Part shown: piece by piece, positions 50,370 through 62,009 of the stretch
Position numbering within the stretch: the first letter of the stretch is position 1
How the letters are laid out: each line of letters starts with the position of its first letter
Origin: Hyphomicrobiales bacterium
GTDB lineage: Bacteria > Pseudomonadota > Alphaproteobacteria > Rhizobiales > NORP267
Assembly: GCA_030688605.1 (NCBI GenBank)
Contig: JAUYJB010000034.1
Location: forward strand, 113-64,112
Reading direction: 5' to 3'
Length of the DNA: 64,000 nucleotides
Position numbers and translations under genes: made by a program
The notes under the pieces: model-generated
Told to the model about the DNA's origin: nothing
Database searches by the model: none
The model's input: only the letters and a program-made list of their open reading frames with translations

Positions 50370-51011
50370 CTATGATTTGGCGCATCCCCCGCCGCGATAC
50401 TGCACTAACCGCGTGGCCCGCTCCGCCAGGGCCCGGCCCATCGGCCCGGCCGGCACGGCAGCATGTATCACATTTGCAAGTCCCAATGCCAAATTCAATT
50501 CCTTCGAGGTGAATTCGCGCACCATTAGAACGGTGTCGCGCTGCCCGCCGGCGGCGAGCGCGCCGGTAATCTTTCGCAAGCCGTCCTCGGCGCCGTCGGC
50601 GGCATGGAAGACGACCGCGAGCAGGCGCCTGCGCGCCGCCTTGTCGACCTGGTCGAAGCCGGTGATCACCTCGCCCGCCTTGCGCGCCAGACCCAACAGG
50701 CCGAGCACGCGCTCGGCGAGAAGCCGGTCAACCCGTTCGGGCAGATCCGGATCGGCGGCGGCATCGGCCTTGAAGGCTCGCGCAAAAAGCCTCTTGCGGA
50801 CGGCGGTCTCAAGCTTGGCGCGGGAATTGCCGACCCAGGCGCCGCGGCCGGGCAGGCGGTTGCCGAGATCGGGCACAACCGCGCCGTCGGGCGCACGGAC
50901 GAAGCGGATCAAATCCTCGGGCTTAGCGGGCTCGCGCGTGACGATGCAGCTACGCTGCGGCCCTGAGCGCATATGGGGCGCGTCACGCGCTTGAGCAAGG
51001 TCTGCCATCAT
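50370..51011 (-). CDS. YlxR-like (DUF448) RNA-binding protein fused to an L7Ae-like C-terminal domain
   Basis: RSCIVTRE...LIRFV...LPGRGAWV is the YlxR pattern. The C-terminal LGLARKAGEVITG is L7Ae/YlxQ-like. Its position between nusA and infB is conserved. Confidence 0.8.
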   Translation of the reverse strand: MMADLAQARDAPHMRSGPQRSCIVTREPAKPEDLIRFVRAPDGAVVPDLGNRLPGRGAWVGNSRAKLETAVRKRLFARAFKADAAADPDLPERVDRLLAERVLGLLGLARKAGEVITGFDQVDKAARRRLLAVVFHAADGAEDGLRKITGALAAGGQRDTVLMVREFTSKELNLALGLANVIHAAVPAGPMGRALAERATRLVQYRGGGCAKS

Positions 51012-51031
51012 CGCTTCACGCTCTCCCGGCT

Positions 51032-52675
51032 TTATCCGGCCGCCCCGGTGTCGGTGGCAGCGGCCGCGGCTTCCGCCGCCTCGCCCTCTTCGGCCTCTGT
51101 TTCGGCTTCCGCTTCCGGCTCGGGCTCGATCCAGCCCGCCTTGAGGCGCGCCGCCATGATCATGTCCTCGGCCTCCTGGCGGGAGGTCTGGAAGCTGCCG
51201 AGAATGCCGGCGTGGCGCACCACCTCGTCGCCCGCCCGCTCGGTCCAGCCGACCAGATCGTCGGTGGCGCAGCCGGCCAGATCCTCCATCGTCCTGATCT
51301 CGTTCTCGCCGAAGGTGACCAGCATCGCCGTGCTCACGCCGGGGATCTCGGCGAGCGCGTCCTCGACCCCGAGGCCGCGGCGCTTCTCGGTCAGCTCCTG
51401 GTCGATGCGTTCGAGATACTCGCGGGCGCGGGTCTGGATCTCGTCGGCGGTACTCTCGTCGAAGCCCTCGATCGAGGCCACCTCCTCGGGCTCGACAAAG
51501 GCCACCTCCTCGATCGAGGCGAATCCTTCCGAGGCCAAGAGCTGGCCGATCACCTCGTCGACGTCGAGCGCCTCCATGAAGATTTCGGTGCGCTCGGCGA
51601 ACTCCTTCTGGCGACGCTCGGATTCCTCGGCCTCGGTGAGAATGTCGATGTCCCAGCCGGTGAGCTGGGAGGCGAGGCGCACATTCTGGCCGCGCCGTCC
51701 GATGGCCAGCGACAATTGCTCGTCGGGGACCACGACCTCGATGCGCTCGGCATCCTCGTCGAGCACCACCTTGGCGACCTCGGCGGGCGCCAGCGCGTTG
51801 ACGATGAAGCTGGCCGCGTCCGGCGACCAGGGAATGATGTCGATCTTCTCTCCCTGCAATTCATTGACGACGGCCTGAACGCGGCTGCCGCGCATGCCGA
51901 CGCAGGCGCCGACGGGGTCGATCGAGGTGTCTCTGGATATGACCGCGATCTTGGCGCGGCTGCCGGGATCGCGGGCCACCGACTTGATCTCGATGATGTT
52001 GTCGTAGATCTCCGGCACTTCCTGGGCGAACAGCTTGGCCATGAACTGGGGATGGGTGCGCGACAGGAAGATCTGCGGGCCCCGCTGCTCGCGGCGCACG
52101 TCATAGACATAGGCGCGGATGCGGTCGCCATAGCGGAAGCTCTCGCGCGGCAGGCCCTCGTCGCGGCGGACGATGGCCTCGGCGCGGCCGAGATCGACGA
52201 TGACATTGCCGTATTCGACGCGCTTGACGATGCCTGAAACGATGTCGCCGATGCGGTCCTTGTATTCCTCGTACTGGCGCTCGCGCTCGGCCTCGCGGAC
52301 CTTCTGTACGATCACCTGCTTGGCGGACTGGGCGGCGATGCGGCCGAAATCGAGCGGCGGCAGCGGCTCGGCGATGAAATCGCCGACCTGGGCCGCGGGA
52401 TTGCGCTTGTGCGCCTCGACAAGATCGATCTGGCGCGCCTCCTCGGTGATCTCCTCGGCCACCTCCAGCAGGCGGCTCAAGCGGATCTCGCCGGTCTTCG
52501 GGTCGATCTCGGCGCGGATGTCGTTCTCGGCGCCATAGCGCGAACGCGCCGCCTTCTGGATCGCATCCTCCATGGCGGAGAGCACGATTTGCTTGTCGAT
52601 GGATTTCTCGCGCGCCACCGCATCGGCAATCTGCAGAAGCTCGAGGCGATTGGCGCTGACGGCGTGTTCAGCCAT
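51032..52675 (-). CDS. nusA: Transcription termination/antitermination factor NusA
   Basis: MAEHAVSANRLELLQIADAVAREKSID, S1 and KH domains, and an acidic C-terminal tail. The ATG at 52675 overlaps the rimP stop by 1 nt. The 786-aa ORF in the track is an upstream extension. Confidence 0.95.
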   Translation of the reverse strand: MAEHAVSANRLELLQIADAVAREKSIDKQIVLSAMEDAIQKAARSRYGAENDIRAEIDPKTGEIRLSRLLEVAEEITEEARQIDLVEAHKRNPAAQVGDFIAEPLPPLDFGRIAAQSAKQVIVQKVREAERERQYEEYKDRIGDIVSGIVKRVEYGNVIVDLGRAEAIVRRDEGLPRESFRYGDRIRAYVYDVRREQRGPQIFLSRTHPQFMAKLFAQEVPEIYDNIIEIKSVARDPGSRAKIAVISRDTSIDPVGACVGMRGSRVQAVVNELQGEKIDIIPWSPDAASFIVNALAPAEVAKVVLDEDAERIEVVVPDEQLSLAIGRRGQNVRLASQLTGWDIDILTEAEESERRQKEFAERTEIFMEALDVDEVIGQLLASEGFASIEEVAFVEPEEVASIEGFDESTADEIQTRAREYLERIDQELTEKRRGLGVEDALAEIPGVSTAMLVTFGENEIRTMEDLAGCATDDLVGWTERAGDEVVRHAGILGSFQTSRQEAEDMIMAARLKAGWIEPEPEAEAETEAEEGEAAEAAAAATDTGAAG

Positions 52676-53310
52676 TATCTGTCTCCCTGACCGGCTTGCG
52701 GGCGTTCGTTTGCATGGTTCGTTCCTTGCTCCTCGGATTGGGCGCCGGCGCCGCCGGCGGAATGTTTCTGCGCCTTCAAGCTGGCGGCGATGAGCGCGTC
52801 GGACAGCACCAGACGCGCGGTCGCAATCGAATCGATCGGCAGCTCGAAGGTCTGCCGCTCGCCCTCGGCGTCGGGCACGGCAAGCCGCAAGCTGGCGTCG
52901 AAGACGCCGAGAATGACGCCGTGGAAACGCTTGCGCCCGTCGATGGGGGCTGCCGTCTCGACCTTGGCCTCGAAGCCGGACCAGCGGACGAAGTCTTCGA
53001 CCCGGACCAGCGGGCGGTCGATCCCGGGCGATGAGACCTCGAGATGATAGCCGCCCGGAATCGGGTCCTCGACGTCGAGCACCGCCGACAGCGCCCGGCT
53101 CAGCTCCGTGCAGTCGTCGATGGTCATGGTCCCGTCCGCGCGCTCGGCCATGACCTGCAGCGTGCAGCCGTCCTGGCCGGTGACGCGCACGCGCACGAGG
53201 CGGAAGCCCATATCCTCGAGGACCGGCTCGATCAGCGCGCCGATGCGGGCCGAAAGGCCCGTCTCGCGCGAAAGCCGCGGCTGGTGCCCCGTCTGCGGTT
53301 GAGCGTTCAT
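52675..53310 (-). CDS. rimP: Ribosome maturation factor RimP
   Basis: IEPVLEDMGFRLVRV and LEVSSPGIDRPL are present. Start chosen at MNAQPQ (53310). The ORF extends to 53349. Confidence 0.88.
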   Translation of the reverse strand: MNAQPQTGHQPRLSRETGLSARIGALIEPVLEDMGFRLVRVRVTGQDGCTLQVMAERADGTMTIDDCTELSRALSAVLDVEDPIPGGYHLEVSSPGIDRPLVRVEDFVRWSGFEAKVETAAPIDGRKRFHGVILGVFDASLRLAVPDAEGERQTFELPIDSIATARLVLSDALIAASLKAQKHSAGGAGAQSEEQGTNHANERPQAGQGDR

Positions 53311-53466
53311 GACCGTCGTTTCTTCGCCGTGCGCCCGGTCCTTGTCCAAGACCTAAACTAAAAAGAGCGGGCCCCGGAGAACCCACTCTCAACGATGCGG
53401 TGTCGTTGTGAGATTAATTGACCCGGATATTAGCATTCCGCCCGTCGATTGCAATACGCGCCGCCT

Positions 53467-54168
53467 CTAGAGGCGGCGAAAAATGAGATAGACCGGCATC
53501 CGGCCCGCGCGCACGGCCTTCGCCTCATAGCGGGTCTGCGGCCAGTCGGCGGGGCGGGTGCGCCAATCCGCGGCGCAGCCGGCGGTCCAGACGAAGGCGG
53601 GATGGACGGTGAGCCTGCGCAGCATCCAGTCGACATAGTCGGGCCAGTCGCTGGCGATCCTGAGCTCGGCTCCGGGCGCCATGATCCGGGCCAGGCGGTC
53701 GAGATTCTCGGCGCTGACAAAGCGCCGCTTCCAGTGGCGCTTCTTCGGCCAGGGATCGGGATGGAGCAGGAACACCCGGCCGCTGGCGGCGTCGGGAAGC
53801 TGGTCGAGCGCGTCGCCGGCATCGCCGTCGTGGATGCGGATATTGGCAAGGTTCCGGCGCTCGATCTCGGCCAGGAGCTTGGCGATGCCGTTGACAAAGG
53901 GCTCGCAGCCGAGAAAGCCGATATCGGGATTTCGCGCCGCCTGCCAGGCAAGATGCTCGCCGCCGCCAAAGCCGATCTCGAGCCAGACCGCGCGCACCGG
54001 CCTTGCGAACAGCGCTGGCAGCCCGGACACCGGCTTGGACAGACCGAGGCGCAGACGCGGCAGCAGCGTTTCCATGAGCCGCGCCTGACCGGGGCGCAGA
54101 CCATGGCCCTTGCGGCGGCCGAATACGACGCCGCGCGCCTCTTGCCTCGTCTCCTCGACCGGGCGCAC
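53467..54168 (-). CDS. trmB: tRNA (guanine-N7)-methyltransferase
   Basis: EIGFGGGEHL, LHPDPWPKKRHWKRR and QTRYEAKA are present. There is no ATG upstream of the conserved FGRRKGHGLRPGQ, so GTG at 54168 was chosen (233 aa). Confidence 0.8.
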   Translation of the reverse strand: MRPVEETRQEARGVVFGRRKGHGLRPGQARLMETLLPRLRLGLSKPVSGLPALFARPVRAVWLEIGFGGGEHLAWQAARNPDIGFLGCEPFVNGIAKLLAEIERRNLANIRIHDGDAGDALDQLPDAASGRVFLLHPDPWPKKRHWKRRFVSAENLDRLARIMAPGAELRIASDWPDYVDWMLRRLTVHPAFVWTAGCAADWRTRPADWPQTRYEAKAVRAGRMPVYLIFRRL

Positions 54169-54191
54169 TTGGTCGGTCCCCCCTTCGACGT

Positions 54192-55388
<1,197 letters not shown>

Positions 55389-55513
55389 GGTCCTACCTGC
55401 GGCTTGATTGCGCGAATTGGAAATATCGGCGCACCTGCGCTCAAAAGGGCAGCATCCCCCGGAGCGCGATTCTAGTCGCAAGTTTTGGGAACCGGGTCAA
55501 GCGCAGCCGCGCG

Positions 55514-55918
55514 TCACCTGTCCTTGGCCAGGGTCTTGGCCAGGTTGACGATGCCGCGGCGCACATTGTCGTCCTTGATCTGAACGAAGGCCTTGATCAG
55601 TTGGACGCCTTCGCTGGACTGGACGAAGTCGAGCACATAGTCGGGCTGGGCCTCTTCGGCGAAACCTTCCGCCGGCGGGCCGGTCTCCGGGCGCAGGCCC
55701 TCGAAGAAGAACCGCACCGGAACCTCGAGAATGCGGGAGATGTCCCACAATCGGCTGGCGCCGATCCGGTTTGCGCCCTTCTCGTATTTCTGCACCTGCT
55801 GAAAGGTCAGTCCGAGCTGATTGCCGAGCTTTTCCTGGCTCATGCCGATCAGCATGCGCCGCATCTTGACGCGGCGGCCGACATGCAGGTCGATCGGGTG
55901 CGGCTGCTTTTTCACCAT
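55514..55918 (-). CDS. XRE-family helix-turn-helix transcriptional regulator
   Basis: HVGRRVKMRRMLIGMSQEKLGNQLGLTFQQVQKYEKGANRIGASRL is a classic Cro/C1 HTH. ATG at 55918 (TTG at 55921 in the track). Confidence 0.85.
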   Translation of the reverse strand: MVKKQPHPIDLHVGRRVKMRRMLIGMSQEKLGNQLGLTFQQVQKYEKGANRIGASRLWDISRILEVPVRFFFEGLRPETGPPAEGFAEEAQPDYVLDFVQSSEGVQLIKAFVQIKDDNVRRGIVNLAKTLAKDR

Positions 55919-56072
55919 CAAAGGCCTTTACGCGAGAAAATCGTGGCGCACTCGTCTTCGCCCGGAATGCCACGGTGAATTTTAGCGGCAAGTGCCGCAG
56001 GATGTGCCTTTATCCGATTTTCCGACATGCACGGTCAAGCGGCGGGCGCCGCCAATCTCATGATGTGGTGAA

Positions 56073-57734
56073 TCAAGCAGGCCGGCCCGCCGTGCGCGGC
56101 GAGGCGCGGCGATCGCGCCACATGCCGGCAAAGCCGACGATAAGGCCGAGGACCATCATCGCGGCGAGGAGGCGGTTTCCGTAGCGCGAAAAGACGGTCG
56201 GCGGCAGCGCTTCGGGAAGGCCGCCATCGATGATGCCGCGGCGGTTGAGCGGCAGCCGTGCGACAATACGCCCATACGGGTCGATGATGGCCGATATGCC
56301 GGTATTGGCGGCGCGGACCACCGGCAGCCCTTCCTCCACCGCGCGCAGACGCGCCTGGTGCAGATGCTGGCGCGGTCCGGAGGAATTGCCGAACCAGGCG
56401 TCGTTGGTCACGGTCAGCATCCAACCCGGCCGGTCGGCGCGGTCGATGGCGCTGCCGGGAAAGATGATCTCGTAGCAGACCAGCGGCGCCACCGCGGGCG
56501 CGCCTTGAAGGTGCAGGGTTCGTTCCGCCGGGCCGGCGGTAAAGCCGCCCCTGAGGCGGGTCAGCTGTTCAAGGCCGATGCGCTCGAGCAGTCCTTGCAG
56601 CGGCAGGAACTCGCCGAACGGCACCAGATGGGCCTTGTCGTAGGTGGCGACGATCTCTCCCGCGCCATCGATGACGTGGACCGAGTTGAAGGCGCCCCCA
56701 TTCAGATCGCCGCCATCGGGATCGGGCGGCGCGCGGCGCACCGCGCCGGTGATCAGCGTCACATTGTCGGGCAATAGCGCGGCGATGGCGGCAAGCGCTT
56801 CGGCATTCTCGGAGAGCACGAAGGGTAGCGCCGATTCCGGCCAGATCACATGGGTCACGTCGGAAACGCCGCTCGAGGCCGGCGAGGTCGCCTCGTCGGT
56901 CATGCTCAGATATTCGGCGAGGATCCTGCTGCGGTTCTCCGGCAGCCATTTCTGGCTTTGCACGATGTTCGGCTGGATGAGCCGCAGATGCACGCCGGCA
57001 ACCTCGGGCTGCGCCGCACCGGGCAGCCGCCACAGGCCGTAAAGGGCGAGCGCCGGCAGGATCGCCATGAGAAGCGACGGCATCAGCCAGGCCGGCCAGC
57101 CTGCCTCCGCCTCGGCGGTGGCCAGCGTCGCAGGGGCGGCGAAGATGAGGACGGTCAGGAACGTGAGGCCGTAGAGCCCGAAAATCGACGCGCTCTGGGC
57201 CAGGGGGTCGGTAAAGGCCAGGGCATAGCCATAGAGGTTCCACGGAAATCCGCTCAACGCATGACCGCGCAGCCATTCACCGGCGGCAATCGCGACGGCG
57301 AGCGCGAAGATGCGGGCCGCGCCCGACGACCAGAACGCCGCGGCAAGGGCGCAGGAAAGCGCCGTGAACAGGGCAAGCCCGGCCGGCAGCAGGACAACCG
57401 CGAAAGGCAGGAGCCAGGCAAAGAGCTCGGCCTCGACGAGGAAGGCGAAGCCGACCCAATAAAGGCCGGCGAGAAAATAGCCGAAACCGAAGGCCCAGCC
57501 GATCATGGCCGCAGCAGCCATCCGGGAGAGAAGGCCAAAGGCGTTGCCCCGCGTCGATGCGCCGGCGCCGATGCCGTCGATGAGCCAAACCAAGACCGGC
57601 AGCGTCAACCACAGAACGGGCGCGAAATGAAACGGCGCCAGGGCCAGCACCGAGGCCGCGCCGGCAAGAAAGGCCATGAGCAGGCGGCGCCATCCCCACA
57701 GCACGATCACCGATTGTGCAAGCTTGCGCAGCAT
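56073..57734 (-). CDS. lnt: Apolipoprotein N-acyltransferase
   Basis: Multi-TM N-terminal half followed by a CN-hydrolase domain (VIWPESA, YDKAHLVPFGE, VCYEIIFP). Confidence 0.93.
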   Translation of the reverse strand: MLRKLAQSVIVLWGWRRLLMAFLAGAASVLALAPFHFAPVLWLTLPVLVWLIDGIGAGASTRGNAFGLLSRMAAAAMIGWAFGFGYFLAGLYWVGFAFLVEAELFAWLLPFAVVLLPAGLALFTALSCALAAAFWSSGAARIFALAVAIAAGEWLRGHALSGFPWNLYGYALAFTDPLAQSASIFGLYGLTFLTVLIFAAPATLATAEAEAGWPAWLMPSLLMAILPALALYGLWRLPGAAQPEVAGVHLRLIQPNIVQSQKWLPENRSRILAEYLSMTDEATSPASSGVSDVTHVIWPESALPFVLSENAEALAAIAALLPDNVTLITGAVRRAPPDPDGGDLNGGAFNSVHVIDGAGEIVATYDKAHLVPFGEFLPLQGLLERIGLEQLTRLRGGFTAGPAERTLHLQGAPAVAPLVCYEIIFPGSAIDRADRPGWMLTVTNDAWFGNSSGPRQHLHQARLRAVEEGLPVVRAANTGISAIIDPYGRIVARLPLNRRGIIDGGLPEALPPTVFSRYGNRLLAAMMVLGLIVGFAGMWRDRRASPRTAGRPA

Positions 57735-57823
57735 CTAGAGCGGTTCCCCGTGGCCGGACAAAGCTCTAGAACATTCGTCGGTCATATGGAACCGTTTGAC
57801 GAGCGAGCGCTCCAGCGACAGCC

Positions 57824-58903
57824 TCAATCGCCGCCGCCCGCGGCCGGCGTCTCGCCGTGAGCGCGCTTGGCCCTGCGCTTGCGCGCTTCGCCTGGCTCCT
57901 GGATGAAAACCTTGAGCTTCTTGATCCGGCGCGGATCGGCGTCGAGCACCTCGAACTCCAGATGGTCATTATAGGTGACGATCTCGCCGCGGACCGGTAT
58001 CCGCCCGAGCTCCGAGAACACCAGGCCGCCGAGCGTGTCGACCTCCTCCTCGGCCGCCGTGAGGCCGAGGTCGCGGCCCATCTTCTCGCGGAAATCCTCG
58101 ATCGGAAACCGCGCGTCGACGATATAGCCGCCATCCTCGGTCGGCTCGATCCGCGCCGCATGAGCCAGGTCGTGCTCGTCCTCGATCTCGCCGACGATCT
58201 CCTCGACCAGATCCTCGATCGAGACCAGGCCGTCGGTGCCGCCATATTCGTCGACGACCAGCGCCAGATGGATATGCGTCGTCTGCATCTTCACCAAGAG
58301 ATCGACCGCCGGCATGGAGGGTGGCACGAACAGGACCGGGCGGATAACCTCCGCAGAGGTGAGCGGCTTGGAAAAATCGATTCCGCGCAGATCAAGGCCG
58401 GCATCGGCGGTTGGCTTGCGCTCGGCCTCGGAGGTACCCGCGGCGGCGCCCCGGGCCCGGCGGCGGCCCTTCTGAGCCTGCTCGGTCATCCAGCTCATCA
58501 AGTCCTTGATGTGCACCATGCCGGTCGGGTCATCGAGGGTTTCGCGATAGACTGGAATGCGCGAATGGCCGGCGGAGCGGAAGATTCTCAGCAATTTGCC
58601 GATCTGCACCCGCTCCTCGCAGGCGATGATGTCCGCGCGCGGCACCATCACGTCTTCGATCCTGAGCTCGCGAAAGCCGAGAATATTGAGGAGCATGAGC
58701 CGCTCCTCCGGCGAAAAGGCCGCCGACAAATGCTCCGGCCTTTCGAGCGCCGTCTCCAGGCTTTCGCGCAAGGTTTGATCGGAGACCAGGCCGAGCGAGC
58801 TTTTCAGGCGCGCGAGCCAGCCCGTCTCGCGGCGTAATTCGGCTTCCTCGTCGGTGGGATCGGCTGCGGGGATGGGGTGGGTCGGTTGGGCTTCGCTACT
58901 CAT
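57824..58903 (-). CDS. corC: HlyC/CorC-family transporter-associated protein (CBS pair + CorC_HlyC domain)
   Basis: [12 protein letters not shown] and [28 protein letters not shown] are present. The start ATG overlaps the ybeY stop (ATGA). Confidence 0.88.
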   Translation of the reverse strand: MSSEAQPTHPIPAADPTDEEAELRRETGWLARLKSSLGLVSDQTLRESLETALERPEHLSAAFSPEERLMLLNILGFRELRIEDVMVPRADIIACEERVQIGKLLRIFRSAGHSRIPVYRETLDDPTGMVHIKDLMSWMTEQAQKGRRRARGAAAGTSEAERKPTADAGLDLRGIDFSKPLTSAEVIRPVLFVPPSMPAVDLLVKMQTTHIHLALVVDEYGGTDGLVSIEDLVEEIVGEIEDEHDLAHAARIEPTEDGGYIVDARFPIEDFREKMGRDLGLTAAEEEVDTLGGLVFSELGRIPVRGEIVTYNDHLEFEVLDADPRRIKKLKVFIQEPGEARKRRAKRAHGETPAAGGGD

Positions 58904-59415
58904 GATGATGTCGCCGGCGCGGCTGTGGCCGGCTCGCTTTGTACCTCGTCTTCGGCATACGGGTCGGGAATGGCGAGCGCCTCCAGAACCGCGCGCTCGA
59001 CGTCTTCCATCTCGGTGGCTCTTGCATTGGAATCGTGATCATAACCGAAAAGATGCAACAAGCCGTGCACAACGAGATGGACGGCATGATGCGGCAAGGG
59101 CTTGTTCGCGGCGGCCGCTTCTCGCGCCACCGTCTCGTAGGCGAGCGCGATGTCGCCGAGAAGATGGCGCGCCCCTCCCGCAATGGCGGATCCTTGCGGA
59201 AAAGACAGCACATTGGTCGCGCTGTCGCGACCCAGATAGGTGCGGTTCAAGCCGCGCACAAGATCATCGCCGGCAAGAACGATGCTCAGTTCGGCGTCGG
59301 GTTCCGTCTTCAGCCGGGCAATTTCGACGGTCTTTCGGGCGGCGTGCGCCAGGAACGGGCCCAGCTCCGGATGGGCCGCCCATTGCTCGCTCTTGATTGC
59401 TATGTCCACGTCCAT
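58900..59415 (-). CDS. ybeY: rRNA maturation endoribonuclease YbeY
   Basis: The zinc site HLVVHGLLHLFGYDH is present. Start chosen at MDVDIA (59415). Confidence 0.9.
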   Translation of the reverse strand: MDVDIAIKSEQWAAHPELGPFLAHAARKTVEIARLKTEPDAELSIVLAGDDLVRGLNRTYLGRDSATNVLSFPQGSAIAGGARHLLGDIALAYETVAREAAAANKPLPHHAVHLVVHGLLHLFGYDHDSNARATEMEDVERAVLEALAIPDPYAEDEVQSEPATAAPATSS

Positions 59416-59431
59416 TGCGGTCACGCGGCCC

Positions 59432-60487
59432 TCACGAATTCTCCCTCGCCTGGCCACCCGAATCCTGCTTGCGCCCGGCCTCGTCATAGGCCCGCACGAT
59501 GCGGGCGACAAGCTCGTGGCGCACCACGTCCTTGTCGGTGAAGCGCAGCTCGGCGACACCCTCGATGCCGGCGAGAAGGTCAATGGCGTGGCGCAGGCCG
59601 GAAGTCTGTCCCGGCGGCAGGTCGACCTGGCTTGGATCGCCGGTGACGATCATCCGTCCGTTCTCGCCCAGACGGGTCACGGCCATCTTCATCTGCATGG
59701 ACGAGCAGTTCTGCGCCTCGTCGAGAATGATGACCGCGTTCGACAATGTGCGCCCGCGCATGAAGGCCAGGGGCGCTATCTCGATAAAGCCGGATTGCAG
59801 GCCGCGCTCGACGCGCTCGAAGGCCATGACATCGTAAAGCGCATCATAAAGCGGGCGCAAATAGGGGTCGATCTTCTCGCGCATGGCGCCGGGCAGGAAG
59901 CCAAGCCGCTCGCCGGCTTCGACGGCCGGGCGTGACAGGATGATTCGGTCGGCGCGGCCGCGCTCGATCCATGCGGCGGCGAAGGCGACCGCGAGATAGG
60001 TCTTGCCGGTGCCGGCCGGGCCGGTGGCGAAGACGAGCTCGGATTGCTCCATTTCGCGGATATAGGCGTCCTGCATCGGCGAGCGGGCGGTAATCGTGCG
60101 CCGCCGGGTGGCGATATGGGCGACCCCGTGCGCCGGTTTGAGATCCGATGCGTCGCCGGCCGCGGCGACCGGCGGCTCGACGGCGGCCATGCGGATGGCG
60201 CCGTCGACGTCGCCGGCGCTGATGGCAGCCCCGGATTTGAGCCGATCATAAAGGGCGAGCAGCGCCGTCTCGGCCTGGGCGCAGGCATCCGCCGGGCCGG
60301 AGACGAAGACGTGATTGCCGCGGGCGGAGGCCTCGACGCCGAGCCGGTGCTCGATCAGCGCCAGGTTCTGGTCGAAGTCGCCCAGGAGCGCGCTCAAAAG
60401 CTGATTGTCCTCAAAGGTCAGGACCCGCTCGGTGCGCGCCAAGGTCCCGGCGCCGGCGGCCACGTCGTCCGTGCTGGGCCCGCGCAT
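59432..60487 (-). CDS. phoH: PhoH-family ATPase (YbeZ-like)
   Basis: Walker A GPAGTGKTYLAVA, Walker B VIILDEAQN and ITGDPSQVDLP-like motifs. Confidence 0.92.
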   Translation of the reverse strand: MRGPSTDDVAAGAGTLARTERVLTFEDNQLLSALLGDFDQNLALIEHRLGVEASARGNHVFVSGPADACAQAETALLALYDRLKSGAAISAGDVDGAIRMAAVEPPVAAAGDASDLKPAHGVAHIATRRRTITARSPMQDAYIREMEQSELVFATGPAGTGKTYLAVAFAAAWIERGRADRIILSRPAVEAGERLGFLPGAMREKIDPYLRPLYDALYDVMAFERVERGLQSGFIEIAPLAFMRGRTLSNAVIILDEAQNCSSMQMKMAVTRLGENGRMIVTGDPSQVDLPPGQTSGLRHAIDLLAGIEGVAELRFTDKDVVRHELVARIVRAYDEAGRKQDSGGQARENS

Positions 60488-60489
60488 GG

Positions 60490-61941
60490 TCAGACAGCCC
60501 CCCCTGCCGCCACGGCCGCCCGCACCCGCCGAGAGGGAGCAGCGAGAACGCCGGAAAGGCTGTTCGGCCCGGCTTGCGCGATGCGGACCTGGCGGACGGT
60601 GCCGATCAAATCCGCCGGCGCTTCGACATGGACCGCCTGCAGATAGGGCGAACGGCCGGCAAGCTGGCCCTCTCTGCGGCCCGGCCGGTCGAGCAGCACC
60701 GGCATGGTCCTACCCAAGCTTGCCGCATTGAAAGCGCGCTGTCCGGCATCGAGCACCGCCTGCAGGCGGGCAAGGCGGTCCTTCTTGACCGTCTCGGAAA
60801 CCTGCTCGGCGCTGTCGGCGGCCGGCGTTCCGGGCCTGGCGCTATATTTGAACGAGTAGGCCTGGGCGTAGCCGAGCTCGCCGGCAAGCGCCAGCGTCGC
60901 CGCGAAATCGGCCTCGTTCTCGCCGGGAAAGCCGACGATGAAATCGGACGACAACGCCATGTCCGGGCGCGTCGCGTACAGCCTTTCGACGATGTCGCGA
61001 TAGAAGCCGACCGTATGGCGGCGGTTCATCCGCTTGAGGACTCGGTCCGAGCCTGACTGGACCGGCAGGTGCAGATAGGGCATCAGCTTTTCTTCTTCGC
61101 CGTGGGCCGCGATCAGCGCATCGTCCATGTCGCGCGGGTGGCTGGTGGTGTAGCGCAGGCGCTTGATGCCGGCGATGGCCGCAAGCCGCCGGATGAGCCG
61201 CGCCAGCGACGATGGCGTGCCGTCCTCGCCGGGGCCATGATAGGCGTTGACGTTCTGGCCAATGAGGGTCATCTCGACAACACCGGCATCGGCGAGCCGT
61301 TCGGCCTCCTCGACGATGGCTGCAACCGGCCGCGAGACCTCCGCGCCGCGGGTGTAGGGCACGACGCAGAAGGTGCAGAACTTGTCGCAGCCCTCCTGCA
61401 CGGTGAGAAAGGCGGAGGGCCCACGCGCGGCGATGATCCTGCGCTTCGGCGCCGGCATCAGCGCAAACTTGTCCTCGACGGGAAAGTCGGTCTCCACCAC
61501 GCGCTCGCCGGACCGCGCCCGGGCCACCATGTCGCCGAGGCGGTGCAGCACCTGCGGGCCGAACACGAAGTTGACCGCCGGCGCGCGGCGGATGATCTCC
61601 GCGCCCTCGGCCTGGGCGACGCAGCCGGCAACGGCAATCAGCGTCTCGCGGCCGCGCCCGGCTCGCCGGCGCGAAAGCGCGCGCATGCGGCCGAGCTCGG
61701 AATAGACCTTTTCGGCCGCCTTCTCGCGGATGTGGCAGGTGTTGAGCACGACGAGGTCGGCGTCTTCCGGCCGATCGGTCGCAACGAAGCCGTGCGGCGC
61801 CAGCACGTCCGACATCCGCTCGGAGTCGTAGACGTTCATCTGGCAACCGTAGGTCTTGACGAAAAGCTTCTTTTGGCCGGTCAACACGCTATCGAACTGC
61901 GTCGCGTCCTCGTCGTCTTGCGGAATGTCCGCTGCGTTCAT
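60490..61941 (-). CDS. miaB: tRNA-2-methylthio-N6-dimethylallyladenosine synthase
   Basis: N-terminal cluster YGCQMN...NTCHIREKA, radical-SAM CDKFCTFC, and a TRAM C-terminus. Start at MNAADI (61941). Confidence 0.93.
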   Translation of the reverse strand: MNAADIPQDDEDATQFDSVLTGQKKLFVKTYGCQMNVYDSERMSDVLAPHGFVATDRPEDADLVVLNTCHIREKAAEKVYSELGRMRALSRRRAGRGRETLIAVAGCVAQAEGAEIIRRAPAVNFVFGPQVLHRLGDMVARARSGERVVETDFPVEDKFALMPAPKRRIIAARGPSAFLTVQEGCDKFCTFCVVPYTRGAEVSRPVAAIVEEAERLADAGVVEMTLIGQNVNAYHGPGEDGTPSSLARLIRRLAAIAGIKRLRYTTSHPRDMDDALIAAHGEEEKLMPYLHLPVQSGSDRVLKRMNRRHTVGFYRDIVERLYATRPDMALSSDFIVGFPGENEADFAATLALAGELGYAQAYSFKYSARPGTPAADSAEQVSETVKKDRLARLQAVLDAGQRAFNAASLGRTMPVLLDRPGRREGQLAGRSPYLQAVHVEAPADLIGTVRQVRIAQAGPNSLSGVLAAPSRRVRAAVAAGGAV

Positions 61942-62009
61942 CCTCATCCTTCGGCCGGTGGGCACTGCAATATAGTCACTACCATATGTCATTAGAATAT
62001 CAGAATAAC

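Noticed and set aside
47235-50375. 1046-aa ORF on the + strand
   Set aside because: It is entirely antisense to infB/rbfA, which have unmistakable motifs. The translation is low-complexity (Ala/Gly/Arg/Leu/Asp-rich) and is a typical shadow ORF of high-GC DNA.
55389-55513. SAM-responsive riboswitch in the metK leader
   Set aside because: I read the 125-nt leader on the coding strand and could not recognise SAM-II or SAM-SAH-like conserved cores. Only a covariance-model scan could settle it, so no call is made.
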